A stretch of DNA of 64,000 nucleotides from Phallusia mammillata. Taxonomy: Eukaryota. Below are positions 48,113-60,597 of the stretch, one piece after another. The notes under the pieces are model-generated. The model saw only the letters and a program-made list of their open reading frames with translations, was not told the DNA's origin and ran no database searches. Each line of letters begins with the position of its first letter. Within the stretch, counting starts at the first letter, position 1. The stretch spans positions 27,776,001 through 27,840,000 of the forward strand of contig OZ281496.1 in NCBI GenBank assembly GCA_965637545.1. Direction: 5' to 3'. The position numbers and the translations under genes were made by a program.

Positions 48113-48186
48113 GCCGAGGCTGGATTAGAACCCACAACCTTCTGAACACAGGGTGGTTGAGCTAACCTCTCGGCCATCTCAGCGGC
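48113..48186 (-). mobile_element. tRNA-derived SINE head
   Basis: A box TGGCCGAGAGG, B box GGTTCTAATCC and a GCTGAG/CTCGGC terminal stem; the anticodon arm is non-canonical. Confidence 0.5.
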
Positions 48187-49486
48187 AACAGCGAGTGCAC
48201 ACTCCACAAAAAAATCAGGTACTATTTTTTGTAGGTTTACGCTTATCTTCTTAACACAAGTTAATTTTTGAAAGGGATCTAAAATATCACGCACTTACGA
48301 TCTCAGGATTTATGCAATTCTGTCGACATGCCAACATGTCGAAAAATATTCTGAGTCCCCTGTTAATTTTTCAGTGTGTATACCTGTAATATATTAGTGT
48401 TTGTTGGATGTTCTACAAATAATGGATTTTTTCAACAAAGAGATGGCTAAGCATTTTATACAACACCAAGTCGTTTGCTAGTAGGTGCTGGAGACCGTTC
48501 AAAATTAGAGCAATGGTTTGCCATGAAAAACAAAAACCCCGAATAAGTCGCGAATACCAAGAACGCCGAAAGAAAAGTCTCAAAAACCTACTCTCAAGTC
48601 TCAACTTTATCTCTATGAATTAGAAGAAAAACTAATTCGGTTTTGACATGGAATTTGCGTGGGACATTTTCTCCACCGATCGCGTGTCAGTCATTTTGCG
48701 TGGGTTGCAAGACTCCTGACCACGTGTTCAACCAGCCGCAATGGGCCCTATTAGATTGCGTTCTCTGCATCTTAACCGTGTTATTGTAAGATTTCACTCA
48801 GTTCAGCTCGCCCACGATGTTTTTAGTTCTGTGAGGGATCACTAAACGCAGGCATGGGGTGTGGCTCGTCAATGTAATATCCGGGGTATTATGTCGCAAA
48901 TAAAATGTTTTTTAGCTTTTAACGGGCAGAACTAAACAAGCAATGGTAATAATGACTAAACGTTTTTTTTTGTTTCATTGTAGTCTGTAATTTCGGATTA
49001 GGTGTTGAAATTTTGGTAAAGAGCGATAACGCTTTTAATTTGCCCCAACGTTTTAACGGTCCAGAGCTCTTTTGTTTCGTTAAAAAAGGTTAACTTCACG
49101 GAATCAAGTTGTTTTTTTAACATTTTACAACCAACGCCCATGTTATGCCTTTGAGATGGAACAAAAGGCTTTCATACCCAACCCCGCAGGGCAGAAGGAC
49201 CACCTGCATATCAAAATATATCACGTTCACATATTATTAACTTAAACCGTGTGGCATTTTATGGTTTTATTGCCAAGCACTGAGAACAACAGTTAAAAAA
49301 ACAATTACAAAATACTCGGTGTAATCTGAAAAGGTTTTTTACATCATTCCGTATGATTACAATTTTACAAGACCTGTGTCTTCATAAATGGGCTTCATGA
49401 TATTACAAAGTTTTACAAACGCTAGTGGGAGCTGTTCGGACGTTTTGTTCAACAAAAACAAAACAAGCAAATATGGGGCAGGAACT

Positions 49487-49702
49487 TGGCCGAATGGTCC
49501 GCCGCCCCTGACCCATGTACAGACTAAAAAAAAACGTGATCGAGATTCGTCACCGGGAGTGTCCTGGGTTCGAACCCCGTGAAAAAAAAACAAGCAAATA
49601 TGGCCGAATGGTCCGGCGCGCCTGACCCATATAGAGTCATAAAAAATCTGATCGGGATTCGTCCCCGGGACTGTCATGGATTCGAACCCCGTGAAAAAAA
49701 AA
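49487..49702 (+). mobile_element. tRNA-Leu-like derived repeat, tandem dimer with A-tails
   Basis: Two ~120-bp monomers TGGCCGAATGGTCC..CCTGACCCAT..GATCG(G/A)GATTCGTC(C/A)CCGGGA..GG(G/A)TTCGAACCCCGTG-An; same family as 47141-47270 in the opposite orientation. Confidence 0.6.
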
Positions 49703-50882
49703 TATATTTGATACAGCCTTTCAAGACCGTTAAAAACCTTCGAACCGCCTGGAAATTGAGTTGGATCTACATTCTACAATAGCTTTTTCACAAGCAATTG
49801 TTGACTGCATGGGTAACAATGACATCAAGCAACGCATAGAAGCAAAATATGCTTTATAGGAAAGTCCCGGTACTCATATTATCCAAAAGTCCAAAAAAAA
49901 CTTGTCCAAAAATTGGTTTGAAACCCGGCAACTTGCTCATTGAAGCAACAAAATGGGTAGTTTGCTTTTGTGGGAAAGAATAACGGCAAGAGTTTCAAGG
50001 TAAATTCCGCCCCAAATTCGAGGTGTTATTATCAACGGTTAACTGAAGACAATGGAAAAACCAAATCATTCTTTTCCAACAAACGTACGTTGGCTGTTAG
50101 AAATTGGTAACGGGGCTTAAACCCTTTGAGATAGCTATACAGTTTCCCAGTCAAACGGCAAGAAAGTGGAATTACAAATGAAATGAGAAAGTAATACCGG
50201 CTTGGAAGATAATAAGAGCGTCGAGTACTAAACACTGTCATTAGCATAGCCTAACGCCCACTGCAAAGTATTGTTATTGTCCACCCCAAAACGCCGGATG
50301 CTTCTAAAGGGGCTACGTATGACGGAATGTTCATGGAAAAGGTTATTAGGTGTTGAATAAAAGTTTCGTTCAGGAGAAAGCTGTATTTGTATGTGGTTTG
50401 TTGTAGTACGTTTTCGCACATATAATCAACCACCAGCAAAAGTGTACGTGCGAAATAACAGGTCTGGAACGGCGTGACTATTAACTGCCTGTTATATACG
50501 TTGCATATGCGTCAACCCAAAGAAATTCACGTCACACAGAAGTGTCAGATTGTATTGGGTAGTTATTTTAAAATTAATTTCACACGAAAATTCCAAATAC
50601 AGACACAGGTCTGTTTTCAGTTTATAACGCACAGTTGTTCAATTAAATGTCACAAAAAAAAACACAAAGCCTAAATATAACAAAAAATCGCTCAAAATTA
50701 TCTTCACAGTACGCCAGGGCCATTGAAGGCGTTGTAAAAACTTTGTAAAAGTAGTTCAACATGTTTAGTGTGTTAAAGTTACCGTAACATAAAGCCAGAC
50801 ATTGACCTTAAACTCGGGCGGTTGCCAGGTCCCAAACACAAACATGTGACAAACCAAAGTCACGCACAATTACTCTCAAGAG

Positions 50883-51284
50883 CAGTGGTTCTCAACCTTT
50901 TTTATTGTCGGGGCCAAACGATAGTTTTCAAGTGTGCAAGGAGCCGCCAAAAACGAATTAAAAAGAATACAGCAAACAACAAGAATCTGAATGGCTACTT
51001 TGTGTTATTAACACATTCTCAGAAAGAATATATACTGAATCTGGCATATGCGACACAATACAACGATTACCTTTGCACCTAGCCTAATTATTCTCGCTTA
51101 CGAATTGATTGAAATATGCCGCATTGTAAACTTTTATAAATAATAAATTTTAAAACAGTGATTTTTTGACTTTCATGGTAATATTAATCTATAATCTTAG
51201 GTGATTTTCTGAGTTATGGTGAAGGCCGCAAAATAGGTAGTTTGGAGCCGCAACCGGCCCTAAGATACGTGGTTGATAACACTG
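50883..51284. mobile_element. hAT (Charlie-type) MITE with perfect 8-bp TSD
   Basis: TIRs CAGTGGTTCTCAACC / rc CAGTGTTATCAACC; CTCAAGAG is duplicated at 50875-50882 and 51285-51292. Confidence 0.85.
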
Positions 51285-53342
51285 CTCAAGAGCTTTAAAC
51301 TTTTGTTAGGTGGCTATAATATTATGACAACAGTAACAGGTTAATAACTCAAAATTGGGTACTTGATGCATTTTTGTTAGTTTTTGGTACAGCAGTATTC
51401 TAGAATATGTTTACGCGCGTGTACACAGTTTAAATCCTTCACATATGACGCGCAATTCCCTAGCCATCAAAATTTAATTTGACGAAATTGGGGCCTTTGA
51501 CAACTGAGTGCGGCAGTTTTTAATAATATTAAATATTTGTAACAATAATGTTTAATTGTTTTTATAATTTGGACAAGGAATGTTTTTTAGACATTTGTTG
51601 CATAAATTCAAATAAAAAACTCGACAACCTCGTGTACAGGTAAGGATTTCAACTTCCTTCATTTTTTGCGTGTTTCCATTAAAACTAAAGGAGTTCTGCA
51701 CACGGCCCTTTTCCTATTTATTTTTCTGCAAAAACACGTTTCTATACAAAGCGCACATCTTTTTTCCGAAGAATTGTCCCATTGACAAGTTTTGTTCGGG
51801 CCTAAATCGGCGTTAAATGCACTTAAATGAGGACAGAACTCTTTTAACTCCATTTCCATTGTTTAGTGTGTCAACATGGGAGCTGAACATGGTGAAAAAG
51901 TATTGAGAAAACGATTGAACGGCAATCGAGTTGTCAAGTACCCGCAACGGCCATCTTGCACATCACATGAAGCGCAAAGGCGATGAGAAAATCACGTGAC
52001 AGTAGGGTCGTGTGCCCATTGGGTCGTTAAGGCAATTTTTGGAGTCAATATTTCAACAGTTGCCAAAAAACACAGGTGCAGTACATCCAAACCAATTGAT
52101 AGCCGGAACACCATTTGTCCGTCTATTTTTTGTCCCATCATTTGTGTTTTATGTACAACTATATTTGGTATGAAGGCTATTAGGAAATGGCGGCGACGGA
52201 CTTATAAACTTCTGTTTTTGTAAAACTAACCGCGATTTAATACTTGCCTTTTGTATTTCTTATTACCTTAAAAATATTGCGTATCAGTACGTATACCTCA
52301 CCATCAGAAACATATTTTCTTTTTAAAGGAGTCCAAAAATTTTAAGGGTAATATCCTTTATCTCGTGAAGATAACCACATTAAAAAGGTCCATTAAAAGT
52401 AAGTTTCATCCAGAGAAATTCAAAGCTGTGTTACGTTTTAGTGGCAATACGTACGTTTAGTTAGAAAGCGAAAGTTAAATCTAAGTTAACGCTTGGATCA
52501 TTTCACCCACGCACGTTAAAGATTAAATGAATACTTTGCGCACCTTCAGGAAGTAACGCCCTCTCAAATACCAGCACAGTGTAATAAAACACCTTATCAA
52601 TGTTAGAAAGAGAATTTACCAACAAAACACATATTAATTTTATCACAAAAGCGTATGATAACACCCTTCAGTTTACGGTCTATTATCAAAACTCATAAAT
52701 CAAGGGTCATTTGTAAAGGTTTACAAAAGGATTTTAAAACGTAATTTCGCAACAGTCTGACATTTGGCCTGACGCAAAGAATTCTTCTTGTGACGCATTG
52801 TAACTTGTGAGAGCCACGCCCGATGCGGGTCAAGTATTCGACAGAGATAGGGAAACCAGAACGAAGTGAGATCAGGAATTTTGTATCAAGGTGGACAAAA
52901 TGCCAAGCGATATTTATAAATCTGGAATTCGAAATCGCTCTTACACGATCCTGACCTGTTACGAAACAATCACGCGAGTGCTATTTCCGCAGTCAATATT
53001 TTTCGTCGGGCAATCAACACGAAATAACCCTTAAAAGAAATGATTTTCACATGTCGTAATTACTTACATCATATGAATTGCGGTTTTAATGCAACTTAAT
53101 GAGAAGTTCCCAATCGGACAATTGCGATTAGAATAACAGACATTAGCTGATTTTGTGTTTTTTCTATCGTGAAACTGCCTTTTTTAATTCAAGAATTTTT
53201 GCCAAGTTAAGTCCATGTTTCTTTTTAACCAAAGTTTAAATAAATTATTCATTTTTTTTATTTGAAAAAAGTCTCCAGCGATTGATTAAGTAAATGTAAC
53301 GACGACTTAAACAAAAACTGATGAAATCCAGTCAGTTTTTTT

Positions 53343-53846
53343 CAGTGTTTCATACCGGAACGGAACGAAACTAAATAACGTTATTCGTTCTGAGCAAATT
53401 ATTTATTTCGTTATTTCGTTCTGGACCTATATTTTAATTTCGTTCCGGTCTGACCGAAATAAATTTATAACGGTACTTTTCGGTATTAACAAACGAACAT
53501 TTCTTTGTGGTCTTTGCAACTATTAAGCGAAAAAAGGAAGAAAGTTGCAACACACAATAATTATTGTCGGTAGTTGTTACGTCACATACCATTTGTCAAT
53601 GATGGTCAAACGGATGTAAATTGTAGGAGCTTCAATTTTTATTATAGCCTAACGGCGCGAAATTTTTGAGCAATTGTGTCATGTCAAATGTCCAGAACGA
53701 AATACCGGAATAAAACTTAACGGTATTTCGTTCCTTTCCGGTATTTTGAATATTTTTTATTTCGGTATTTCGTTCCAGTATTTGAGCCAAAAAATATTTA
53801 TTTCGTTCCGGTATAACGTTCCGTTCCGTTCCGGTATGAAACACTG
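53343..53846. mobile_element. MITE with 25-bp TIRs and internal subterminal repeats
   Basis: CAGTGTTTCATACCGGAACGGAACG at both ends in inverted orientation, inserted in a T-run; internal CCGGAA and GAAATA repeats. Confidence 0.85.
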
Positions 53847-55049
53847 TTTTTTTTCATACCGGTTTGCGCTTCAAACTTGACAAGGTGTTTTTGTGCCTTT
53901 TTTCAACGAGTCATGAATGGTGCAACATATAACACAAGAGTAGATGGTGCAATCATATGGAGCACTGCTGTTGAAAAAAGATTCTGGCTACGGAATTGCG
54001 TCACTGCCTAACCCCTCTCTGGTTGCCGTTAGCAACCATAATGTTGTCGGTGTGTTACCCTTTTGTGGGGCTCGTGTAAAGGGGGTGCTCTTTCAGCGTT
54101 ATTGGGTGGGGCTCGTCAAAACTGGAGCTCGACAAACGCAGCGATTCAATTGGAACGGCTGATGAAAAGTTTGCCATCTTTTGTGGGACGGGAATAAGGA
54201 TCATGATAGGGAACATGCAATGTTCTGGATGTCATGCAGATTAAGCTAAGCGTGACAAGGATTTTGCACGCTATATTAGTTCTTGGGTAATGGCAATTTC
54301 AAATGTCAAGTCGTTGCAAGTATACATTAATCAAGTTTATAGCTGAAAAGAAAACTATAAACGATGTCGTTAGGTATTAGTTTTAAACATCCACTAGAGG
54401 CGCCGACGTTCCTTTGCTGGACAATAGAGCGATTTGAAATGATTCGTAACAGCTGGCTTTTATTTGTGGAAATGGTTGTTCTGTTTTTGCAATAAAGTAC
54501 AATGTTTTGTCTTCCGGCGATGCTATATACAATTCCGCAAGAAGAAAAGACTATTTCATAACGGTCAATTTATTGTAATATAATGATAAAAAATATTTGC
54601 AAAATTGATGTAGCAAAACGTTGCCATGCCAATATATACCTTATTAACATTGGTTTGTTGAAACGATTTTTTTGTGGTTTTAAATAATTAAACTTACAAG
54701 GCGACCCATGTGCTGTAGCGTAAACACTGAGAAACCCGGTTTGGCTATGTTTGACCTCACACAAAGATATCCTAATCTTCATCACACGACAAACCCACTT
54801 CTAAATCAAGGATGCTTTAACGCCGGACAGGGAACAAAGGTTTGCTGACATTGCACAATCATGCGATAAATGCGAGTCAATCCCACACGCAGAACAGTAC
54901 AACAAGCTCTCATAATCCAACCATTGTCCTACTGTTATCAGCAAAAAATCGGCGCCAAGCAGGCAAACAGATCCCGCCCGATGTTTTCAAGTTGCACAAC
55001 ACCACAATGCGTATGAACCGGCCCTATGACAACTGTTCCACTTCGACAA

Positions 55050-56300
55050 CCATGTGCAGGGCTTTCGCAAGTTGACAAGGCGATTACAGCGGTGTGGCCA
55101 ATACCACGCCAAAACACTGCCTCGGTCAATAAAGGAGAACGCCCTTAATGTCGTTAGCGAGGTTTTGAGCTGCTTAAACAATTGCTCAATGGCATTCATG
55201 TCAAGCAGCCGTGCATGTGCGATCCGTTAGCCGCTTTGTGTCATCCAGGAATAGCCACATATGCGTGACAGAGGGGCCCTGAACGTCTATCGACATTAGC
55301 AGCCTCTTTTTTCTCTATATAATAAAGCCTTTCTCCGTTAGTCGCCCTATCGAAGGCCGGAATGTCTGGCTGATAACGAATAAAGGCGCACCCAGTTATA
55401 CTATGGGACCTGGGCCGTGAATAGTTCGGGGCTGGGCGTCCTGTTTTTACGCCGGCGGTCACCCATATCCCCTGTGCTACGTCACACGTGTGGTCGCCTT
55501 CTTTCGTCAGCACACGTTGACGCGCGCCGCACATGGCATTGTAAGAGATGACAAATTCGTTGTCTATTTCCCCCAGGGTGCGAACAAACGCATTTGACCG
55601 CCATCTGACGAAGCTCTAACCACAAGACCCTCTTTTGGAATGCGTGACGTATATAACGTAAAAGAGTGCATGACGTTTAGCAGGAGGGTGGCCAGGAAAA
55701 ATACCATTCTGCAAATACATGTTTCGCTAGTAAACAAGTGTAATTATATGGCTATATAGAGATCCTTGTACGTGCAATTCATAGAACGCCTGTAATTTCG
55801 AACAACATTACACTGACATTTACTCTACCAGCTCATGGGTAACAATTTTTTTGGAACGAAAATGTTAAAAAAACAGTGTTGTCAAAGTATTATTTGACGT
55901 CCAAAATCAATTTGAATGTTCAGAGGGCTGTGACGGTGGGTTAAAGGTACCATCGTTCTATTCCGTCAAAGACATCGCGCGAATTTACAAACATAAGCAG
56001 TTAATTGCAGATTAAAGTCGCTTTCATTGTTCGGCACAAGGTGTTTGTGCAACACCCTTTATCATAACTTACAGACAAAACATTTTTGTACAATGTTGTG
56101 TCAAAACTCAAGTGTCCAATAAACACTCGTAAAGGATATTTTCACCCCAAAGCAACTTCGCGGGTGCGCAGAGGAATGTAGCGGAACGCTAAGAAGCAAT
56201 TCTCAAGACAATATGCGTTTCTTCTCTTCACAACGACAAGTCCCTGTTGAAACAGGTTCGATATGGCGACGATCGGTCTGCGAAACCCAAAGCCTATAAT
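55050..56300 (-). mobile_element. Decayed non-LTR retrotransposon reverse-transcriptase remnant (clade uncertain)
   Basis: Frameshifted minus-strand motifs in the expected order: RPIVAISNL (~56270), GVK(Q)G-ALAP-LF (~55440) and VTHMWLFLDDTK (~55250), with many stops. Confidence 0.45.
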
Positions 56301-59300
56301 ATTGACCAAGATAGCGACCGGTATACGATTTTATTACAGAAGGCTCGTCCAGGGATCAATCAAAGTCCTAAGTGGGATGAAGGGTAAATGTTTGTCCGCA
56401 TATCTCTCTCAGTAATATAAGTGTACAAACGCATATTTGGAAACAAGAAGATCGTTGTGCTTGTTAGAGGCCAGAAACTTGAAGTATTTGCATCCTTTGA
56501 TACTTCTGTACACAATTCAAACATGATACCACCATATTAGGGCCTTGCACACAAAACAACTATGCTTTTTGTTTTTTAAAAGCGGTGCACACCTTCAAAA
56601 CCTTGAATCCTTACTCGGATATCATCGTCTTTACAGCTTTGTGCCTTAAATTTTCCATATTTCCCGACATATGGCCACCCGCAATGTTATGACAAGCCAC
56701 AAGGAAACGTGTTTTGTTGGATCAAAGCTATTCAGGGGCACCTGGTCAACGGAATGGCAGACAATACGTTGTTGTTGTTCCAGCTATGGATACGTCCTGG
56801 AATCGTGCTTTCCAGCAAACTGATCCCAGCCAAAAAAGGCTTAACTCAAACCAATGTTTGCTTAACCCAGAAACGCAAGAGCTTTGCATTAGACAGTTTT
56901 TTGGGTTTTGGGAATATCTCGTTAACGTTACCTTTTGTAGCATAAATGATGTTGAAAATTTTGAAAATAAATCACGCACAATTGGCGACAAGAAATTGAC
57001 GAGCTGTTCTGTCACGACACCCAGTCCTGTTTGACTCGGAAAAAAATTTAAACTTAGCAGAGAAACACATACTCATCCAACTGAACTTTATTTTGCATTA
57101 GTGCCAATGTCGTCAATAAGCGCTATACCAAGAAAAGGGGTTTGTTTGAAATGTTCAACCATAATATAGGAAAAAAATATTTTATTGCGAAACTCCAACG
57201 GCTTCCATTGCGCAAGAGGTTAAGATCATTGCTATTGCATTCTAAAGAAAAAAATCTTTGTAGCACAAAAGCTGTGCCAATCCCTTATTGCACAAATGGA
57301 CGTAATTCTATTGACATGAAAGCAAGCTTTCAATTTCACCCATAGGATAAAAACGGATTGGCTGCGCATGGTTAAGACCCTAAAGCAAATGACGCCAATA
57401 ACATCAATATTGCGACCTAGTCGCACCCAAAACGAGTCAATATCCCCAAAGGGGTAAACGCTTTTCGCTCAACAATGTTAACCCCAAATAGAAAGGGGCA
57501 GGACAGGTCTAACACAGCGGTACAGGAAACCCTTACATGCGGGGCATCCTATGGAAATGAACCGTTCTATATGTGGTCACGGATTAATTTCAGCCACAAA
57601 GGTTTTTGCGGTTGAGAGGAAGTAAAACGGGGCGTTGATTTGCCGCGGGTGCGACATGGGCTGGCGAAATAGCTACAAACGGTTCCGTTTGCTATTTAGG
57701 GTTGGCGTATTTTCTTGTTATGGCGCAAACGCGTAAGAATTCGAAAAACGCAATCCTCAGTTCGTTTTTACTCATCTGACAGGTACAAGTACACTAAGGA
57801 AAATAGTCACAAGATAATAACGATCATCGTAGTAGCATACGCCTTGTGATGACATAAAAAAACGATTTCGGCAACGCTGCATAACAGGTCAACGTTGAGA
57901 TATGTAAATCGTATCATGACAATTTGGTTCTTTACAAACTCCTTTTCATCCGTAAATCTATTTGTTCTAACGTTACTATCAAAATACATCACTCAACAGT
58001 TATTCAGAAGAAACGCAGTACGCAGCATACGTTTCAAAAATTTGCTAACGTTAACTAACAATGGGATAGCAAAATCAAAGTTAGCACGAACATTAGATAC
58101 ATTTATCCTATAAGAAAATGAAAAGCTGTTTATTCCCGATACGTTATGAAGCATGCTATAAATCCAGTTTGCAAAGCTCGTACCAATCATGTGGAACCTC
58201 AGTTGTTCACAGGGACGGACGGAAAACGTAATCTACTCAACCAAACCCCACGCACGGTCATTTACATGAACGGTTGAATCGTTTTGCCCTTTGAAACAGG
58301 TAATCTCTGGCATCAGGTATAGCACATTCATTTAACGAGGAATGGTAAATGTCACCAGCCGCATGTTTTGTTTTAGAACTTGATATTTTTTTCTACGCAA
58401 AAACCTACATAATCCTTGCATCGTGTAATGACCAAATGTAAATAAGTATTTATGTTACACATAAGGTAGACCCTAAAAGATACTTAATCACAACTGTTAA
58501 TGTAAGCTGAAACACACAACCGAAAACGTCTTATACAGAAACGCACGTTTTGTTATTTCTCATACTGTTCACATTACAAGACCTTCAAAATAACAAGCGC
58601 TCTAATTATTCCATCCAAATTACCGTTATGAAGCAAAAATAAAACCGATCAAAACCAAAATTAGAACAGGAACACATGACGTTTAAATAACTGACAGCTA
58701 TTTTCCAAAAGCAAAAAATAGTTACGTGATCAACACATACTGAGACACAACAATTTATAAGCTAATGTTTAGGTGCTGTGGAACAACTGCCATGAAATGT
58801 CTCCACACGTGAACTAGGATAAACTCGGTTGTGAGTTTTAGGCAAAGTTATACCGGTAAGCCTACCTGAACCCAAAAGAACAAGCCCGAATAAAATTAGG
58901 TCCAAAAGCAGATCAAATCGCGGCACAAATGAGTATGAAGGCAGGTCCAAATCCAGCCCGATTTGTTCCAGCATAAGCCCGAACCCGAGCCAAAGAGACT
59001 TACATCTCTGGTTCAAAGCAAAAGCGATTCCATCAAAGTCGACCCAAAAGCGCCAATGCAATTGTGATGTGATAACATGATGGCATTTTCTCTGTCAATC
59101 AACCTTAGGTGAATAGCTCAATGAAGTAAAATCACGCCCGGGATTGCCGGAAATGTTTCCAGATTTAGTTTTGTTGGAAAGCGGAACGGTGAATGGACTA
59201 GGCAGGGCAAATCGAAACACGAAAGAAAAGCTCACGTGTAAACACGTCAATCAGAAAACGAATAATAATGCCGATGCAATAACTTAAATGGGAATGGTTA

Positions 59301-60597
59301 AAAACAAATACTATCAATATATTTGATACACTAAGTAACAAATTAAAATAGAAAACACTTTTAGGTGAAAACATAGCTTTCATATTTTTATTTTGAGATT
59401 TTTTTGGAAAAAAATTAAACAAGCAAGAAATTAAATTGTTTAATAAAATTTTAAACATCAAAATTTTATGATATTTCAGGAAAGAGTTCTTTGGAATAAA
59501 ATCACTAAAGCAAAACCGAATGTTTTTTCCTTATCGTTCTTTTAATTGTTGTCGGGTTTTTACCGTAAAACGCAACAAATTTTCTTGACGTCAACACACA
59601 AAGACACGAAACCGCACCTAACCAAAGTAAAAATCAAAAAATCCTATTGAGACGTTGCACATTTAAGCCATTCAATCCTTTGTGTTGACGTTAATGCCAC
59701 TTTATTGATGTCGAAACTAGTTCGACGCTAATTTTAAACGCATTGAATCGGGTTAGGCAAAGAAGTCAATCATAGATCGTTCAAGAAAAGCATCTTTTGA
59801 AGAGTGCGGGGGAGACCAAAGACGGTCAATCATATATTGTTGTTCACCCTACCCCCGTTGTATAATACGGATTGCGCAAAATACACACACCTATTTATCT
59901 GCTTGTAATTTTGCAGCTACAATACGTAGCAGCAATCGCTCGCAAAAAACGGGATCGCTTTGTAGTTGTGCAGGTGGGCTTGGCGAAATTCCAACATCTG
60001 AGTATATAACGAGCGGAGGGTTCGTTCTTCAGAGCAATTAGTAAAAGTCGCCCCGGGTGGCTAGAGCGGTAAAAGCAAATGGATTGCGGCATAGTTTGGA
60101 AAGATAAAACTAGCTGCTTTAGGAGACTATTGCGCGTAATTTTACAAAGACATAAAAGAATCTTGGCAAATTTAAAAGCTTAATGCGTCTATTGATTTTA
60201 ATTTTAAAATGGTTTTATTAAAAAAACTTTTTGGTAAAAATTGTAATCTGTTAAAAACAAAATAACAAACAAAATACTCAAACTGATGAATATTTCTAAT
60301 TAAACTAACCTCTTTAATCGAAAAATTTGTAGATTTTTTATTTATTATCTCGTTAAAATAGAAGTGTTCCAAAAAAACGTCTGTCACATAACAAAACAAT
60401 TAATTGACATGTTTAATTTATAAAGGATTTGTTTGTTTTTTACACAGGTTATATGTTATGCATCAAATTTTGAATTTTTTTCTCCGGAGCAACTTATTTT
60501 ATCACATATGTGTTTTTACATTTCAGGACAAGTGACTGTTGATTAGCGCAACAACAAATAATATATAAATAAACGAAGTCCAACGACTGAAAACAAG

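Noticed and set aside
47141-49702. Functional tRNA genes
   Set aside because: Acceptor stems are missing or anticodon arms are non-canonical, and there are A-tails and a tandem arrangement.
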